Source of the DNA: Chloroflexota bacterium
GTDB lineage: Bacteria > Chloroflexota > UBA11872 > VXNJ01
Direction of reading: 5' to 3'
NCBI GenBank assembly: GCA_965217845.1
Contig: OZ244573.1
Span: 688,806 to 752,805 of the forward strand
Length of the DNA stretch: 64,000 nucleotides
The notes below the pieces were generated by a model. That model saw nothing but the letters and a program-made list of their open reading frames with translations. It was not told where the DNA came from and ran no database searches. The translations under genes were made by a program, and so were the position numbers. Below, piece after piece: positions 51,148 through 60,728 of this stretch (its first letter is position 1; each line of letters begins with the position of its first letter).

Positions 51148-51729
51148 ATGCAAGACGAGCCAATCGAAGACCAATCGCCGAGCACCGAGCCGGCGGGAGC
51201 TGACGTCGATCCCTTCGCGGTCGTACTTGAGGCCCAACTCGAGGACCGCACCCGGCGCGCGTCTGGAATCGACGCCCAGATCGCCGAGCGGCGCGATGCG
51301 CTCGACGCCGGGATCGCCGAGTTGCAAGCTGCATTTGAAGGCGAGATAGCGCAATTGCGCATGAGCCGACTCGCGCTGCAGGGCGAGATTCGCACCATCC
51401 GCGAACTCCAGCAACGCATGGCAGGGGAGATTGTGGACGATTACGCCAGAACCGACGGGCCAGGGTTCGCCTGGGATGAGGACTGGCCCCGCAACGCCGC
51501 CGACAAGGTGGTCAAACTCCTTCAAAGCGTCGGTCGGCCGCTTCACTACCGCGACATCTACAACCGACTCGAAGCTCTCGGAGTTCACAAATCCCGCAGC
51601 ACAAACCCGGCCGAGGCGCTGCTTCGCAATTTCTATAAGGACTCGCGGCTGTTCCGGCCCCGCCGCGGCACCTACTTCCTGGCTTCAAAGCGCCGCAAAG
51701 CCGACGAAGCAGGCGACGCCGAGGAGTAA
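51148..51729 (+). CDS. hypothetical protein with acidic/coiled-coil N-terminus and C-terminal HARE-HTH-like winged helix
   Basis: 193 aa. The C-terminal VVKLLQSVGRPLHYRDIYNRLEALGVHKSRSTNPAEALLRNFYKDSRLFRPRRGTYFL resembles the HARE-HTH fold (RpoE-delta N-terminal / restriction-associated). It follows a ~380-bp AT-richer ORF-less tract. Confidence 0.5.
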   Translation: MQDEPIEDQSPSTEPAGADVDPFAVVLEAQLEDRTRRASGIDAQIAERRDALDAGIAELQAAFEGEIAQLRMSRLALQGEIRTIRELQQRMAGEIVDDYARTDGPGFAWDEDWPRNAADKVVKLLQSVGRPLHYRDIYNRLEALGVHKSRSTNPAEALLRNFYKDSRLFRPRRGTYFLASKRRKADEAGDAEE

Positions 51730-51955
51730 CCTCGACAACCAAAGAGCTTTCAGGGCGCCGCCGAAGACGGCGCTGCTGAGGCCCGGGCGGGAACCGACCC
51801 GGATTTGCCGCTGGTGATCGCCGGCGGCGGGCGACCGAAAAAATTCGGGAATGAGTTCGACTCAGGCGTTCATGTAGCTAAGAGCGGCAGGCCTGAATCT
51901 GCAGCACCGGGTGGCGCTTCCAAGAACGCTGCCCTGCCCGGCGGCCAACCGCGCT

Positions 51956-52704
51956 CTAGCCCTGGCGCCGCCACGCCAGTTCGTCTTCGAGTTGTTTCTC
52001 CAGGCGGCGCAACGCCTCACGCGTGGACCGCATTTCCTGGAGGATCGTGTCGTAGGGTAATCCGGCTTCGATCTCGCGGGCCCGTTCGGCCTCGTCCCAT
52101 TCGTTGATGATTGCCGCGACGAACGGTTTACGGCCACGAGGCCACCAATGACTATGAAGCTGACGAAATAGATCCAGGCCAGGGGGTTTAACTCCCTGGC
52201 CGAGTCCATGATGTCGGTCCAGCCTTAGAAGCTGATCACCCCAAAAAGGGTCAGGATCGAAGCCTGCAGGCTGCCCCAGTGGAATGGATCGTGGCTGTGG
52301 AAGAAATGGTATCCGGCGACGGCGTGCATGTAGCCGGTGATGCTCATCAGTACCAGGATGTAAAGCACACTGGGCACGGCCCGGACCAATGTAGCCACGA
52401 TCTGGCGCAGTTTCTCGGTGCCCGAAACCATCTGCAGCAATCGGAACAGCCTGACGATGCGCCCGATTAATGCGAATTCGCCGACGAAGGGAATCGCACG
52501 ATGACGCCGCGTGAGGCTTTGGGGTCTGAGATCGAATTGAGTTGGGGGTTGGTCCCTGCAAAGCAGCGGAGGGCAATAGATACTGCTGTCGGTCGAGTTG
52601 AGAGTCGGACCGGCGGTCCCATCTAGATGGTTATGGCAACTGGCCCGGAGGCATTGGCATGCACCCGCAAGCGGGAGGTTGAACGGCAATGCTGCCAGCT
52701 GCAA
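51956..52704 (-). pseudogene. voltage-gated sodium channel, NaChBac/NavBac-like, decayed (N-truncated, in-frame TAA, frameshift)
   Basis: S4 voltage sensor (FALIGRIVRLFRLLQ), S5, pore helix (FHWGSLQASILTLFGV), S6 (NPLAWIYFVSFIVIGGLVAV), and C-terminal tail (LFVAAIINEWDEAERAREIEA...coiled-coil) are recognisable across three ORF pieces. A TAA at 52225-52227 sits where the selectivity-filter Glu codon is expected (TLESW aligns to SF*GW). There is a frameshift near 52120, and S1-S3 are not encoded upstream. Confidence 0.6.
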
Positions 52705-52709
52705 TAGAC

Positions 52710-54353
52710 CTAGGGGCGGGTCTTTGAGAGGGCAATTTCGCGCAAGAAGATGACCACTACAAATCCCAGCCCCAGCGCCACCGCCACGACCACGAAGACG
52801 TCGGTTATGGCGTCGGCGAGCACGGATCGGAGGACTCCAACCAGCTCCGCCGCCAGCTGCGGACCGGTTTCGCCGTGCCCGGCAAGGGCCCCTTGGAGCT
52901 CTTGAAACGCCGCCGGATTAACGAGCGCCTGCGGATTCTCCTGGAGCGCGGCCAGTTGCGACGGCGGGATGGCTTCGGTGATCTGGGATGGCAGCGACGT
53001 CGCAATTCCGGACGCGAAACGGTTGGCCATGTAGGAGCCTAGAACCGCCAAACCCAGGGTCCCGCCAACCGATCGGAAGAATTGCGAGGCCGAGGTTGCA
53101 GCTCCGAGCAATTCGTGTGGAACCGAGTTTTGAACCGCAATCGAAAAACCCGGAAATGTGATCCCCACACCGATGCCGGTGATGGAAATGAATGCCACCG
53201 CCTGCACGAAGGATGTCTCAGCGGTCATGCCCGCGAGAAGAATGACTCCGGCCAGCATGATCCCGATCCCTATTAGCCCCTGCGTCCGGTAGTGCCCGCC
53301 GAATCGGGAAAGGGCCTGCCCGGCCAACGCCGCCGCCACGACCATGCTCAACATCATCGGTGTCAGGAACGAGCCGGAACTGGTGGCCGAGGCCCCGAGC
53401 ACGCCCTGGAAGAACAGCGGGACGAATATGATCGCCCCAAACATGGCGAATCCGGTAATAAACACCGCTGCAATCGATATGCTCACGATCCGGTTCGAGA
53501 AGATTTGTGGCGGCATGATCGGGTCAGCGGCACGCCGTTCGACGACGATGAACGCGGCCAGCATCACGAGCGCCAAAGCCAGAACTCCGATGACCTGCGG
53601 CGACAGCCACGCGTAATTAACCCCGGCCAGTGAAAGCCCCACCAGCAGTGGCACCACTGTCGCCACCAGGAGCACCATTCCGGCGTAGTCCAGGCGGCGT
53701 TGTCGTTTGCGGGGGCGCAAATTGGGAAAGAAGCGCACAAACAGGACCACTACGATCAATCCCAGCGGCACGTTTACGTAGAAGATCCAGTTCCAGGAAA
53801 GGAAATCGGTAATTACCCCGCCCAGTGTCGGACCGATGACCGAGGAAAGCCCGAAGACGGCGGCCAAATAACCCTGGTACTTGCCGCGTTCTTGCGGGGA
53901 AAACAGGTCGCCGACGGTCGTAAACGACATCGCCATGATCGCGCCGCCGCCCAGACCTTGTAGGGCCCTGAATCCAATCAACTGGTCCATAGTCTGGCTG
54001 GAGCCGGCCAGCACCGAACCGACCAGGAAGATGATGATTCCGCCGAGGAAGAATGACTTGCGGCCGTAGAGATCGGAGAGTCGACCCACTATCGGGACGA
54101 ATGTGGTCGACGCCACCAGGTAGGCGGTCGTTATCCAGGTGAACCGGTCAAACCCTCCGAGATCGGTCACGATCCGGGGCATGGCGGTACTCACGATCGT
54201 CTGGTCGAGCGAGGACAGGAACAGCGCCAGCATGAGCCCGCCCATCGTGAAGACGATGTGGCGGCGCGTAAGCGCCGGACGCGCGTCGGGCGGCCCCGAA
54301 CCGGCCAGGGGTTGCTTTTCGGGAGCGTGCGGCGCCCGCACCTTAGGGTTCAT
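52710..54353 (-). CDS. MFS transporter, DHA2 (EmrB/QacA, 14-TM) family
   Basis: 547 aa. The N-terminal motif region (LDQTIVSTAMPRIVTDLGG ... GRLSDLYGRK) and 14 TM segments are typical of DHA2 drug exporters. Confidence 0.85.
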   Translation of the reverse strand: MNPKVRAPHAPEKQPLAGSGPPDARPALTRRHIVFTMGGLMLALFLSSLDQTIVSTAMPRIVTDLGGFDRFTWITTAYLVASTTFVPIVGRLSDLYGRKSFFLGGIIIFLVGSVLAGSSQTMDQLIGFRALQGLGGGAIMAMSFTTVGDLFSPQERGKYQGYLAAVFGLSSVIGPTLGGVITDFLSWNWIFYVNVPLGLIVVVLFVRFFPNLRPRKRQRRLDYAGMVLLVATVVPLLVGLSLAGVNYAWLSPQVIGVLALALVMLAAFIVVERRAADPIMPPQIFSNRIVSISIAAVFITGFAMFGAIIFVPLFFQGVLGASATSSGSFLTPMMLSMVVAAALAGQALSRFGGHYRTQGLIGIGIMLAGVILLAGMTAETSFVQAVAFISITGIGVGITFPGFSIAVQNSVPHELLGAATSASQFFRSVGGTLGLAVLGSYMANRFASGIATSLPSQITEAIPPSQLAALQENPQALVNPAAFQELQGALAGHGETGPQLAAELVGVLRSVLADAITDVFVVVAVALGLGFVVVIFLREIALSKTRP

Positions 54354-54849
54354 TCCGACGCTACGGGCCTAGGGGCCACCGCGCGATTGATCGGCGGCGA
54401 ATCGACAACTATCGAGTCAGGGTCAGCCGCGGCGCAGCGACTCACAGATTCCGACATGGGTTCCAGACACTGCGTTTCGCGACGGGTTGCGGGGAGGTCA
54501 TTGGTTGCAGAAGAAATGGGTCCCCCTCGGACGGATCAATTTTCGGGAACTGATGTCCGATTTGGGCCGATGATTCGTCTCGGTCGGGACCATCGCGGGC
54601 TGCGCCGAGCCAAGTCGGTCAAGGCGGTTAGACGGGCGAGCATTGCTGGGGGCTGATCGCGGACCGGATTGCAATTAACAGCGTGGCAACGCCGCGATCG
54701 GATTCGCAGGAGGGGGTCGGGATTCACGGTCACATTGATAAACCAATCAGCGATTCGACCGCAACCCATGGCCGAATCCGTGTATATTGGCGCCAGCGGG
54801 TCGCCGAATCAAAGGGGCGATAAACGAGTTATTCGGGTCGGAGTAGAGC

Positions 54850-56076
54850 GTGAAGATTTGTTGGTTTCATCTGATGCCGTACCGGCATCTGCCGCCCGAT
54901 TTTGAGAAAAAATACCGCAGCGTCTGGGTAGATCCGCCTAGCCACCTCTACGACGCCGAAAAAGCGCACATCCTCTACAACGAATACCTGGACGAACTCG
55001 AGCACGCTGCCGCGGTGGGGTTTGACGGCATCTGCGTAAACGAGCATCACAACAACGCTTACGGGATCATGCCCTCGCCCAACCTGATGGCCGCCGCCCT
55101 GGTCCGCCGCACCACCGAGGCCGCGATAGTGGTGATGGGCAACAGTCTTGCGCTGTACAACCCTCCGCTGCGGGTGGCCGAGGAATTTGCAATGCTCGAT
55201 GTTGCCAGCGGCGGTCGGTTGGTGGCCGGATTCCCGACCGGCACCTCGATGGACACAAATTTTGCCTACGGTGCCAACCCGGCCACTCTTCGCGAAAAAT
55301 ATCACGAGGCCCACGACCTGATAATCCGCGCCTGGACCGAACCGGATCTGTTCGCGTTCAACGGCAAGTACAGCCAGAACCGTTACGTGAATATCTGGCC
55401 GCGCCCGCTGCAGAAGCCGCACCCGCCGGTGTGGGTACCCGGCAGCGGCAGCGTGGAGACCTGGGAGTGGACCAGCCAGATGAACTACGTCTACTGCTAC
55501 CTGAGTTATTCGGGCTACAAGCACGGCACCAGGGTCATGAAGGGTTTCTGGAAGGAGATGGAGAACCTGGGCGTCGACGATAACCCCTACCGGGCCGGTT
55601 TTCTGCAGCTGGTGGCCGTATCTGAAACCGATGCCAAGGCCGAAGAAGAGTACGCCCCGCATATTGATTACTTCTTCAAGAAGAATTTGCACGTCTACCC
55701 GGGATTCACGCAAGCCCCGGGCTATCGGTCCATAAAGACGCTCAAGAAGGGAGTTGGCAGCAACCTCAGCCGCGCCCAAGCCCGCAAACGCACGGAGATG
55801 AAGTGGAAGGACTTTGTCGACGAGGGCTATGTGATCGCCGGTTCTCCCGATACGGTGGCTGCGCGAATGCGTGAAGCGGTTGAAGGACTGCGCGTCGGGC
55901 ACCTGATGGTTTTGCTGCAGATCGGTAGCATGCCCAAGGATCTGACGATGAAGAACACGGCCCTGTTTGCATCCGAAGTAATGCCGCAGCTACGCGACAT
56001 GTGGAGCGAATACGAAGACCACTGGTGGCCCCAACCCCTGTCCAGCCGGGCCGTCCCGGACCCGATCGTGCAGTAG
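54850..56076 (+). CDS. LLM-class flavin-dependent oxidoreductase (luciferase-like monooxygenase)
   Basis: 408 aa starting at GTG 54850, with TIM-barrel LLM family segments (GFDGICVNEHHNNAYG, MGNSLALYNPPLRVAEEFAMLDVASGGR). Confidence 0.85.
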   Translation: MKICWFHLMPYRHLPPDFEKKYRSVWVDPPSHLYDAEKAHILYNEYLDELEHAAAVGFDGICVNEHHNNAYGIMPSPNLMAAALVRRTTEAAIVVMGNSLALYNPPLRVAEEFAMLDVASGGRLVAGFPTGTSMDTNFAYGANPATLREKYHEAHDLIIRAWTEPDLFAFNGKYSQNRYVNIWPRPLQKPHPPVWVPGSGSVETWEWTSQMNYVYCYLSYSGYKHGTRVMKGFWKEMENLGVDDNPYRAGFLQLVAVSETDAKAEEEYAPHIDYFFKKNLHVYPGFTQAPGYRSIKTLKKGVGSNLSRAQARKRTEMKWKDFVDEGYVIAGSPDTVAARMREAVEGLRVGHLMVLLQIGSMPKDLTMKNTALFASEVMPQLRDMWSEYEDHWWPQPLSSRAVPDPIVQ

Positions 56077-56877
56077 GTGGGCAACTTGGGCAAGCGCCCC
56101 AACGTTCGAACGATCGAGATCGGCTCGATCCCGGTCGAATTGGCCAGCGCCGGAACGGGTCCACCGCTGGTTTACCTGCATGGGGCCTTCGGATACCTGG
56201 GTTGGCCGGAATTTCTCGACCGCCTGGCAGAGCGCTACACCGTATATGCGCCGCACCACCCTGGGTTTGGTGAATCCGGAGATGCGGACGCTATCGAGGA
56301 CCTTCTGGATCTGACGCTGTTTCACCTGGACCTATTGGACGAACTCGGTTTGGAGCGACCGCACCTGGTCGGTCATTTCTTCGGGGCGATGGTGGCGGCC
56401 GAACTCGGGGCGATCGCTGGCCATCGCGTAGACCGGCTGGTCCTGGCGGCTCCGATGGGGTTATGGCTCGAGGAACACCCCGGGGTCGATTACTTTGCCG
56501 CTCCGCCGGACGAACTGAGGAAAATCCTGTTCGCCGATCCCGAATCAGACGCCGCGCACTGCTGGCTTCCCGAACCAGAATCCGACGAGCAGCGGCACCT
56601 CGATACCATCGAGCGCACGCGCTCGCTGGCCACGGTGGCCAAATTCATGTGGCCGATTCCGGACAAGGGGCTGAAGAAGCGACTGCACCGCATCCGCCGC
56701 CCGACGCTGATCGTCGTCGCCGAAAAAGACCAGTTGGTTGCGCCCGAATACGGGAGCGCTTTTGGCGAGCGAATTGATGGGTCCGGGGTCGCAATGCTGC
56801 CGGGAGCCGGCCACCTCTGTCAGCTCGAATGCCCGGGCGAATTCGGGAAGCTTGTGGACGGTTTCCTGACAGCTTGA
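56077..56877 (+). CDS. alpha/beta-hydrolase fold protein with nucleophile Ser replaced by Phe (GHFFG)
   Basis: 266 aa starting at GTG 56077 adjacent to the LLM stop. The oxyanion HGAFG-like region, acid (EKDQLV) and His (GAGHLCQ) are present, but the nucleophile elbow reads LVGHFFGAM instead of GHSxG. Confidence 0.75.
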   Translation: MGNLGKRPNVRTIEIGSIPVELASAGTGPPLVYLHGAFGYLGWPEFLDRLAERYTVYAPHHPGFGESGDADAIEDLLDLTLFHLDLLDELGLERPHLVGHFFGAMVAAELGAIAGHRVDRLVLAAPMGLWLEEHPGVDYFAAPPDELRKILFADPESDAAHCWLPEPESDEQRHLDTIERTRSLATVAKFMWPIPDKGLKKRLHRIRRPTLIVVAEKDQLVAPEYGSAFGERIDGSGVAMLPGAGHLCQLECPGEFGKLVDGFLTA

Positions 56878-56937
56878 ATCTTTGGGTGGAAGTTCATCCC
56901 AAGTCGGCGCTGAGTCGACTGAGCAATAGCGTGCAGG

Positions 56938-58071
56938 TTAATGCGCTACCGTTTCGAACGGATCATTTAATTGAATTCGTTCGCTGCGAATAGCGGATTC
57001 GAACTCGCGCAATCGATCAGCAGCGACATAGTAACGGCCGCGAGCGATGCCGCGCGCTACAAGCAGACCGGCATTGACCAGTGCTTTCAGGTCACGACCA
57101 GCTACCGCCAGTGAAACTTTTGCGAAGTTGCGGTACGAGTGGTTCCGCACCCGAAATCCAAATGAAGCGTCCCACATGGCGCCGACCGTCCGGCCAGGTA
57201 AGCCAAGTCGACGGGCTTCGTGCTCTAACGCGCTCCATCGACGATCGGCTTCAGCGGCCCTGCGCAGCAAGGTGTTGATCTGAAAGTAATGCGCGGTCAA
57301 ATTGAATCGGACCCACGGTCTTGCGTCGCGATCAGGGTTCCACAACCCGGCACCGACTTGGGCCAAGACTTGGTAATACCTTTCGGTATTGCGCCCCAAA
57401 TACTCCTCAATGCTGATGTAATCCTGGGCCAGGTCACCTTGCCGAGCTAAGACCAGCGTCTGCAATCCCCTGGCCATGCGACCGTTACCGTCGCGGAACG
57501 GGTGGATCATGACCAGGTTCAGGTGGGCCATTGCCGCTCGCACCAACACCGGGGAAGTTGAATCAACCGCGCGTAACTCCTTAACGAGTTCATCAATTAA
57601 GGCGGGCACGAGTTGGGGGTCCGGTCCCTGGTATACGATTTCCCCGGTCCGATCCTCTCGCACATAGGCGTCGTTAACCCGCCAACGACCCGGACCCTTG
57701 GACAGGTCGTAGAGCATCATTTGAAAGTGCAGACTTTTGATTAGCGACGCCTCGTAGGTAAACGTCGGATCATCGGCCAATTGCAATACGTATTTCATCG
57801 CATCGCGATAACACGCTATTGCCGCCCATGTTTCTTCCCCTGCATTGCGCGGCTCGGCTCCGTCCACAGCGGCCAGTGCATCGTCAAGTTCAACGTTGAA
57901 GCCCTCGATACTGTTTGAGCCGCGGATAGCACGCGCTGAAGACACCCGCCGCAGCAACCCACCCCAAACTCGGGGTTCGGAAAACCGACCGCGGAGCGCC
58001 GTACGTAACTCATCGAGCTCAATGCACAGTTCTTGTTCCCGGGCATCGAGTATTGGAACGTTGAAGAGCAT
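56938..58071 (-). CDS. Fic-family protein (class II, with N-terminal inhibitory SxxxEG motif)
   Basis: 377 aa with Fic motif HPFRDGNGRMARG and inhibitory helix motif SNSIEG near the N-terminus. Preceded by a ~130-bp AT-rich upstream region (58072-58200). Confidence 0.85.
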   Translation of the reverse strand: MLFNVPILDAREQELCIELDELRTALRGRFSEPRVWGGLLRRVSSARAIRGSNSIEGFNVELDDALAAVDGAEPRNAGEETWAAIACYRDAMKYVLQLADDPTFTYEASLIKSLHFQMMLYDLSKGPGRWRVNDAYVREDRTGEIVYQGPDPQLVPALIDELVKELRAVDSTSPVLVRAAMAHLNLVMIHPFRDGNGRMARGLQTLVLARQGDLAQDYISIEEYLGRNTERYYQVLAQVGAGLWNPDRDARPWVRFNLTAHYFQINTLLRRAAEADRRWSALEHEARRLGLPGRTVGAMWDASFGFRVRNHSYRNFAKVSLAVAGRDLKALVNAGLLVARGIARGRYYVAADRLREFESAIRSERIQLNDPFETVAH

Positions 58072-58310
58072 GTCGAATATTTATGAACAATAAGACGCTG
58101 AGTCGTATATTATCCGACGTTAGCAATAGATCAACCCAAATCTGAATCGTATTAAAGCAGTTTCTTGCTTCAATGATGATTGGAATGCGTAGATTTTGGT
58201 ACCTGGTTTTGGGCGGCCGCTCCGCTCACGAACGGCTGCCCCACTTGAAAGAGGCGCAGCAACTTCATGTTGCCGGCAAGTCATAGCGAAATTCAGGCAG
58301 GAGGCAACCC

Positions 58311-59090
58311 ATGAGGATGGCAGATAGGTCGGTAATCATCGCAGGGGGAGCTGGTTCGATGGGTAGCGCCCAGGCGCGGCTCTTCTCCAGGGAGGGGGCC
58401 TCTGTCTGTGTTGCCGATGCCAACCTGCGAGGTGCTCAGCGAGTCGCCTGTGCGATCAGGGAAGGCGGGAGCAATGCGATCGCCGTGGAACTGGATGTGC
58501 GGGACTCCGCGGCGTGGGCAGAAGCAGTTGCGGACACGGAGCTCGAGTTTGGCAAGGTAGACACGCTATGCAACATCGCCGGCGCCAACTTTCGGGTTGG
58601 TTTTGACGAGCAGACCGAGGAGATGTGGCATACGATCATCGATACGAATCTCACTGCGTATTTCTTGGGCACCAAGGCCGTTGTACCGGCGATGCGGCGG
58701 GCGGGGAAGGGAGTCATCCTAAATGTCGGTTCGCTCGCCTCCATTACGCAGGGGCCCGTCAGCCCGGCATACGGGGTCGGCAAGATCGGCCTGATCGGTC
58801 TTACCCGCAGCACCGCGGTCGCCTACGCGGCCGACAACATCCGCTGCGTGTTGATCTCTCCTGGTCATGTGGACACTAATTTCCTGAGAGGAAACAGCGC
58901 CCATAGCCGCAACGATGAGACGACAGACATTGACATTCCTGAGAACTATCAGAGGAGAGTCGATTCGACGCCTTTGGGAAGACTGTGTACGCCGGACGAC
59001 ATCGCCAAAGCGTTTTTGTTCGCCGCTTCCGACGATGCGTCGATGATTACCGGATCCATGATCACGGTAGACGGAGGTGCTGCCCTATAA
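58311..59090 (+). CDS. SDR-family NAD(P)-dependent oxidoreductase
   Basis: 259 aa with IIAGGAGSMG cofactor motif, NIAG, and catalytic S...YGVGK. Confidence 0.85.
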   Translation: MRMADRSVIIAGGAGSMGSAQARLFSREGASVCVADANLRGAQRVACAIREGGSNAIAVELDVRDSAAWAEAVADTELEFGKVDTLCNIAGANFRVGFDEQTEEMWHTIIDTNLTAYFLGTKAVVPAMRRAGKGVILNVGSLASITQGPVSPAYGVGKIGLIGLTRSTAVAYAADNIRCVLISPGHVDTNFLRGNSAHSRNDETTDIDIPENYQRRVDSTPLGRLCTPDDIAKAFLFAASDDASMITGSMITVDGGAAL

Positions 59091-59189
59091 CCATTACGTT
59101 GGTTGGAAGCCGGCGAAGGCAGCCAATTCGGCGATGTCGAATTCGGCTCGGCGCTGGCTCAAGGTGAGTTGCTGAGATCAAGGAGCACC

Positions 59190-60161
59190 ATGAAAGTTCT
59201 TGTCGCACTCAACGCCACCACCCTGCCCGAGGTTTCCGGCGACCAATTGGAGCGAATCCGCAATGCCGCCGGTCCCGGCGCCGAGGTCGACGTGGCCGAA
59301 AACCACGGGCAGGCGATATCGCTGATAACCAATACCAAGGTCCTGTTGGGCCATCTCAGCCCGGAGATGTTCGCGGCTGCCCGAGAACTCAAGTGGGTGC
59401 ACGCTTCGGCGTCCGGCGTCGATGGCTACCTCTTTGAAGAATTCAAATCCAGCGCCATTCCCTTGACCGGCGAAAAGGGCCTGGTCGGTCCGCATCTGGC
59501 TGATCACGCATTCGGCTTGCTATTGACGCTTGCCCGATCGCTCAAGCCAGCCATGCAGCTCAAAGGCCGTGCCTGGAAATCGCGAATAGCGATGCGCCGG
59601 GTCGCTTTTGAACTCAGCGGTCTGACCATGGGCATCGTGGGATTCGGCGGCACTGGGCGGGCGATTGCTGAGCGCGCTGCGGGGTTCGGGATGAGCGTGT
59701 GTGCAGTCGACGACCTCGACGTTCCCGGGAATGCGGTTGTCCCGGTCGTTGACCGCATGAACCGGTTTGAAGCACTCCTTGGCCGAAGCGACGTAGTAGC
59801 GGTTTGCACGCCACTGACACCGCAAACCCATCACCTCTTCGATCACCAGTCGATATCACGTATGAAACCGGGTTCGGTGATTGTGAACGTTACCAGGGGC
59901 GAAATCATTGACCTCGAAGCACTGATCGATTCGGTCGAATCGGGTCACTTGCGGGGCGCCGCCCTCGATGTGGTTGAAGGCGAGCCTCTGCCATCTGATC
60001 ACCGAGTGTTCGAAATTGAAAACATAGTCATGACTCCACATACGGCCGGGGCTTCCGAGCATCGGGTGGAGAGAAACCTGGAGCGGTTCTGTGAAAATTT
60101 GCGGCAGTTTCGCCGCAATGGCGAACTGTCCGGTCTTATCGACAAACAAACGGGGTTCTGA
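59190..60161 (+). CDS. D-isomer-specific 2-hydroxyacid dehydrogenase (PGDH/GDH-like)
   Basis: ATG 59190 (MKVLVALN). NAD-binding GIVGFGGTGRAIA, catalytic R...E...H (VNVTRG ... PHTAG). The upstream part of the track ORF is non-coding. Confidence 0.8.
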   Translation: MKVLVALNATTLPEVSGDQLERIRNAAGPGAEVDVAENHGQAISLITNTKVLLGHLSPEMFAAARELKWVHASASGVDGYLFEEFKSSAIPLTGEKGLVGPHLADHAFGLLLTLARSLKPAMQLKGRAWKSRIAMRRVAFELSGLTMGIVGFGGTGRAIAERAAGFGMSVCAVDDLDVPGNAVVPVVDRMNRFEALLGRSDVVAVCTPLTPQTHHLFDHQSISRMKPGSVIVNVTRGEIIDLEALIDSVESGHLRGAALDVVEGEPLPSDHRVFEIENIVMTPHTAGASEHRVERNLERFCENLRQFRRNGELSGLIDKQTGF

Positions 60162-60326
60162 CCAATTGGTCCGGTTGCGGGTTCTTGAACGTCGATTCCC
60201 CGCCGGTGCCCGGAACCAAAAACCTGCGGATTGTACGGAGTCCGAAGCTCCGATATGGGCATGGAATGCGATCGGGGACTCTTTACTTATGTGAACCAGA
60301 CCGCGGTCAGGGCAGCACGATGGGCT

Positions 60327-60728
60327 TTATGGGCCCTCAGTTGCGATGAATTCACAACGTGGCCCGGCCGCCGCGGCCAATCTTTTATCTAGCGTGGCCA
60401 AGGGACAAGTCAGTGCCTCTGCCAAGGCAACGTACCATCCGTCGTAAACGCTCAGGTTGTGGCGTAAGTCCCAAATCCGCGCCGCAAACGGTTTGTAGGG
60501 GAAAAGATCAATTTCTAAGCGCATCAGTTCGCGGGAGACTGCTGCCGCAGTGAATTGGCGTAATTGACCGCTGAGTTCCAAGCGGCGAACGACATTTGAA
60601 GCTTCGGCCAGAACCAATTCGGGAGCCGCCAATCGGCCCTCCTGGAGAACGCCTCTAGCCCATCGTCCGGAAGACCCTCGGTTGACGAACGCGGTAGCCA
60701 ATAAGGACGCGTCGACGACCACCATCAT
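60327..60728 (-). CDS. vapC: PIN-domain toxin VapC
   Basis: 133 aa. The N-terminal MVVVDASLL carries the first PIN acidic residue, with further conserved acidic positions along the sequence. Its start overlaps the upstream antitoxin stop by 4 nt. Confidence 0.8.
   Translation of the reverse strand: MMVVVDASLLATAFVNRGSSGRWARGVLQEGRLAAPELVLAEASNVVRRLELSGQLRQFTAAAVSRELMRLEIDLFPYKPFAARIWDLRHNLSVYDGWYVALAEALTCPLATLDKRLAAAAGPRCEFIATEGP

Noticed and set aside
51862-52576. ORFs 51862..52209 and 51956..52576 as independent genes
   Set aside because: Their conserved segments (S6 helix; C-terminal tail) are consecutive parts of the NaChBac-like channel read across a stop and a frameshift. The non-homologous parts are out-of-frame filler.
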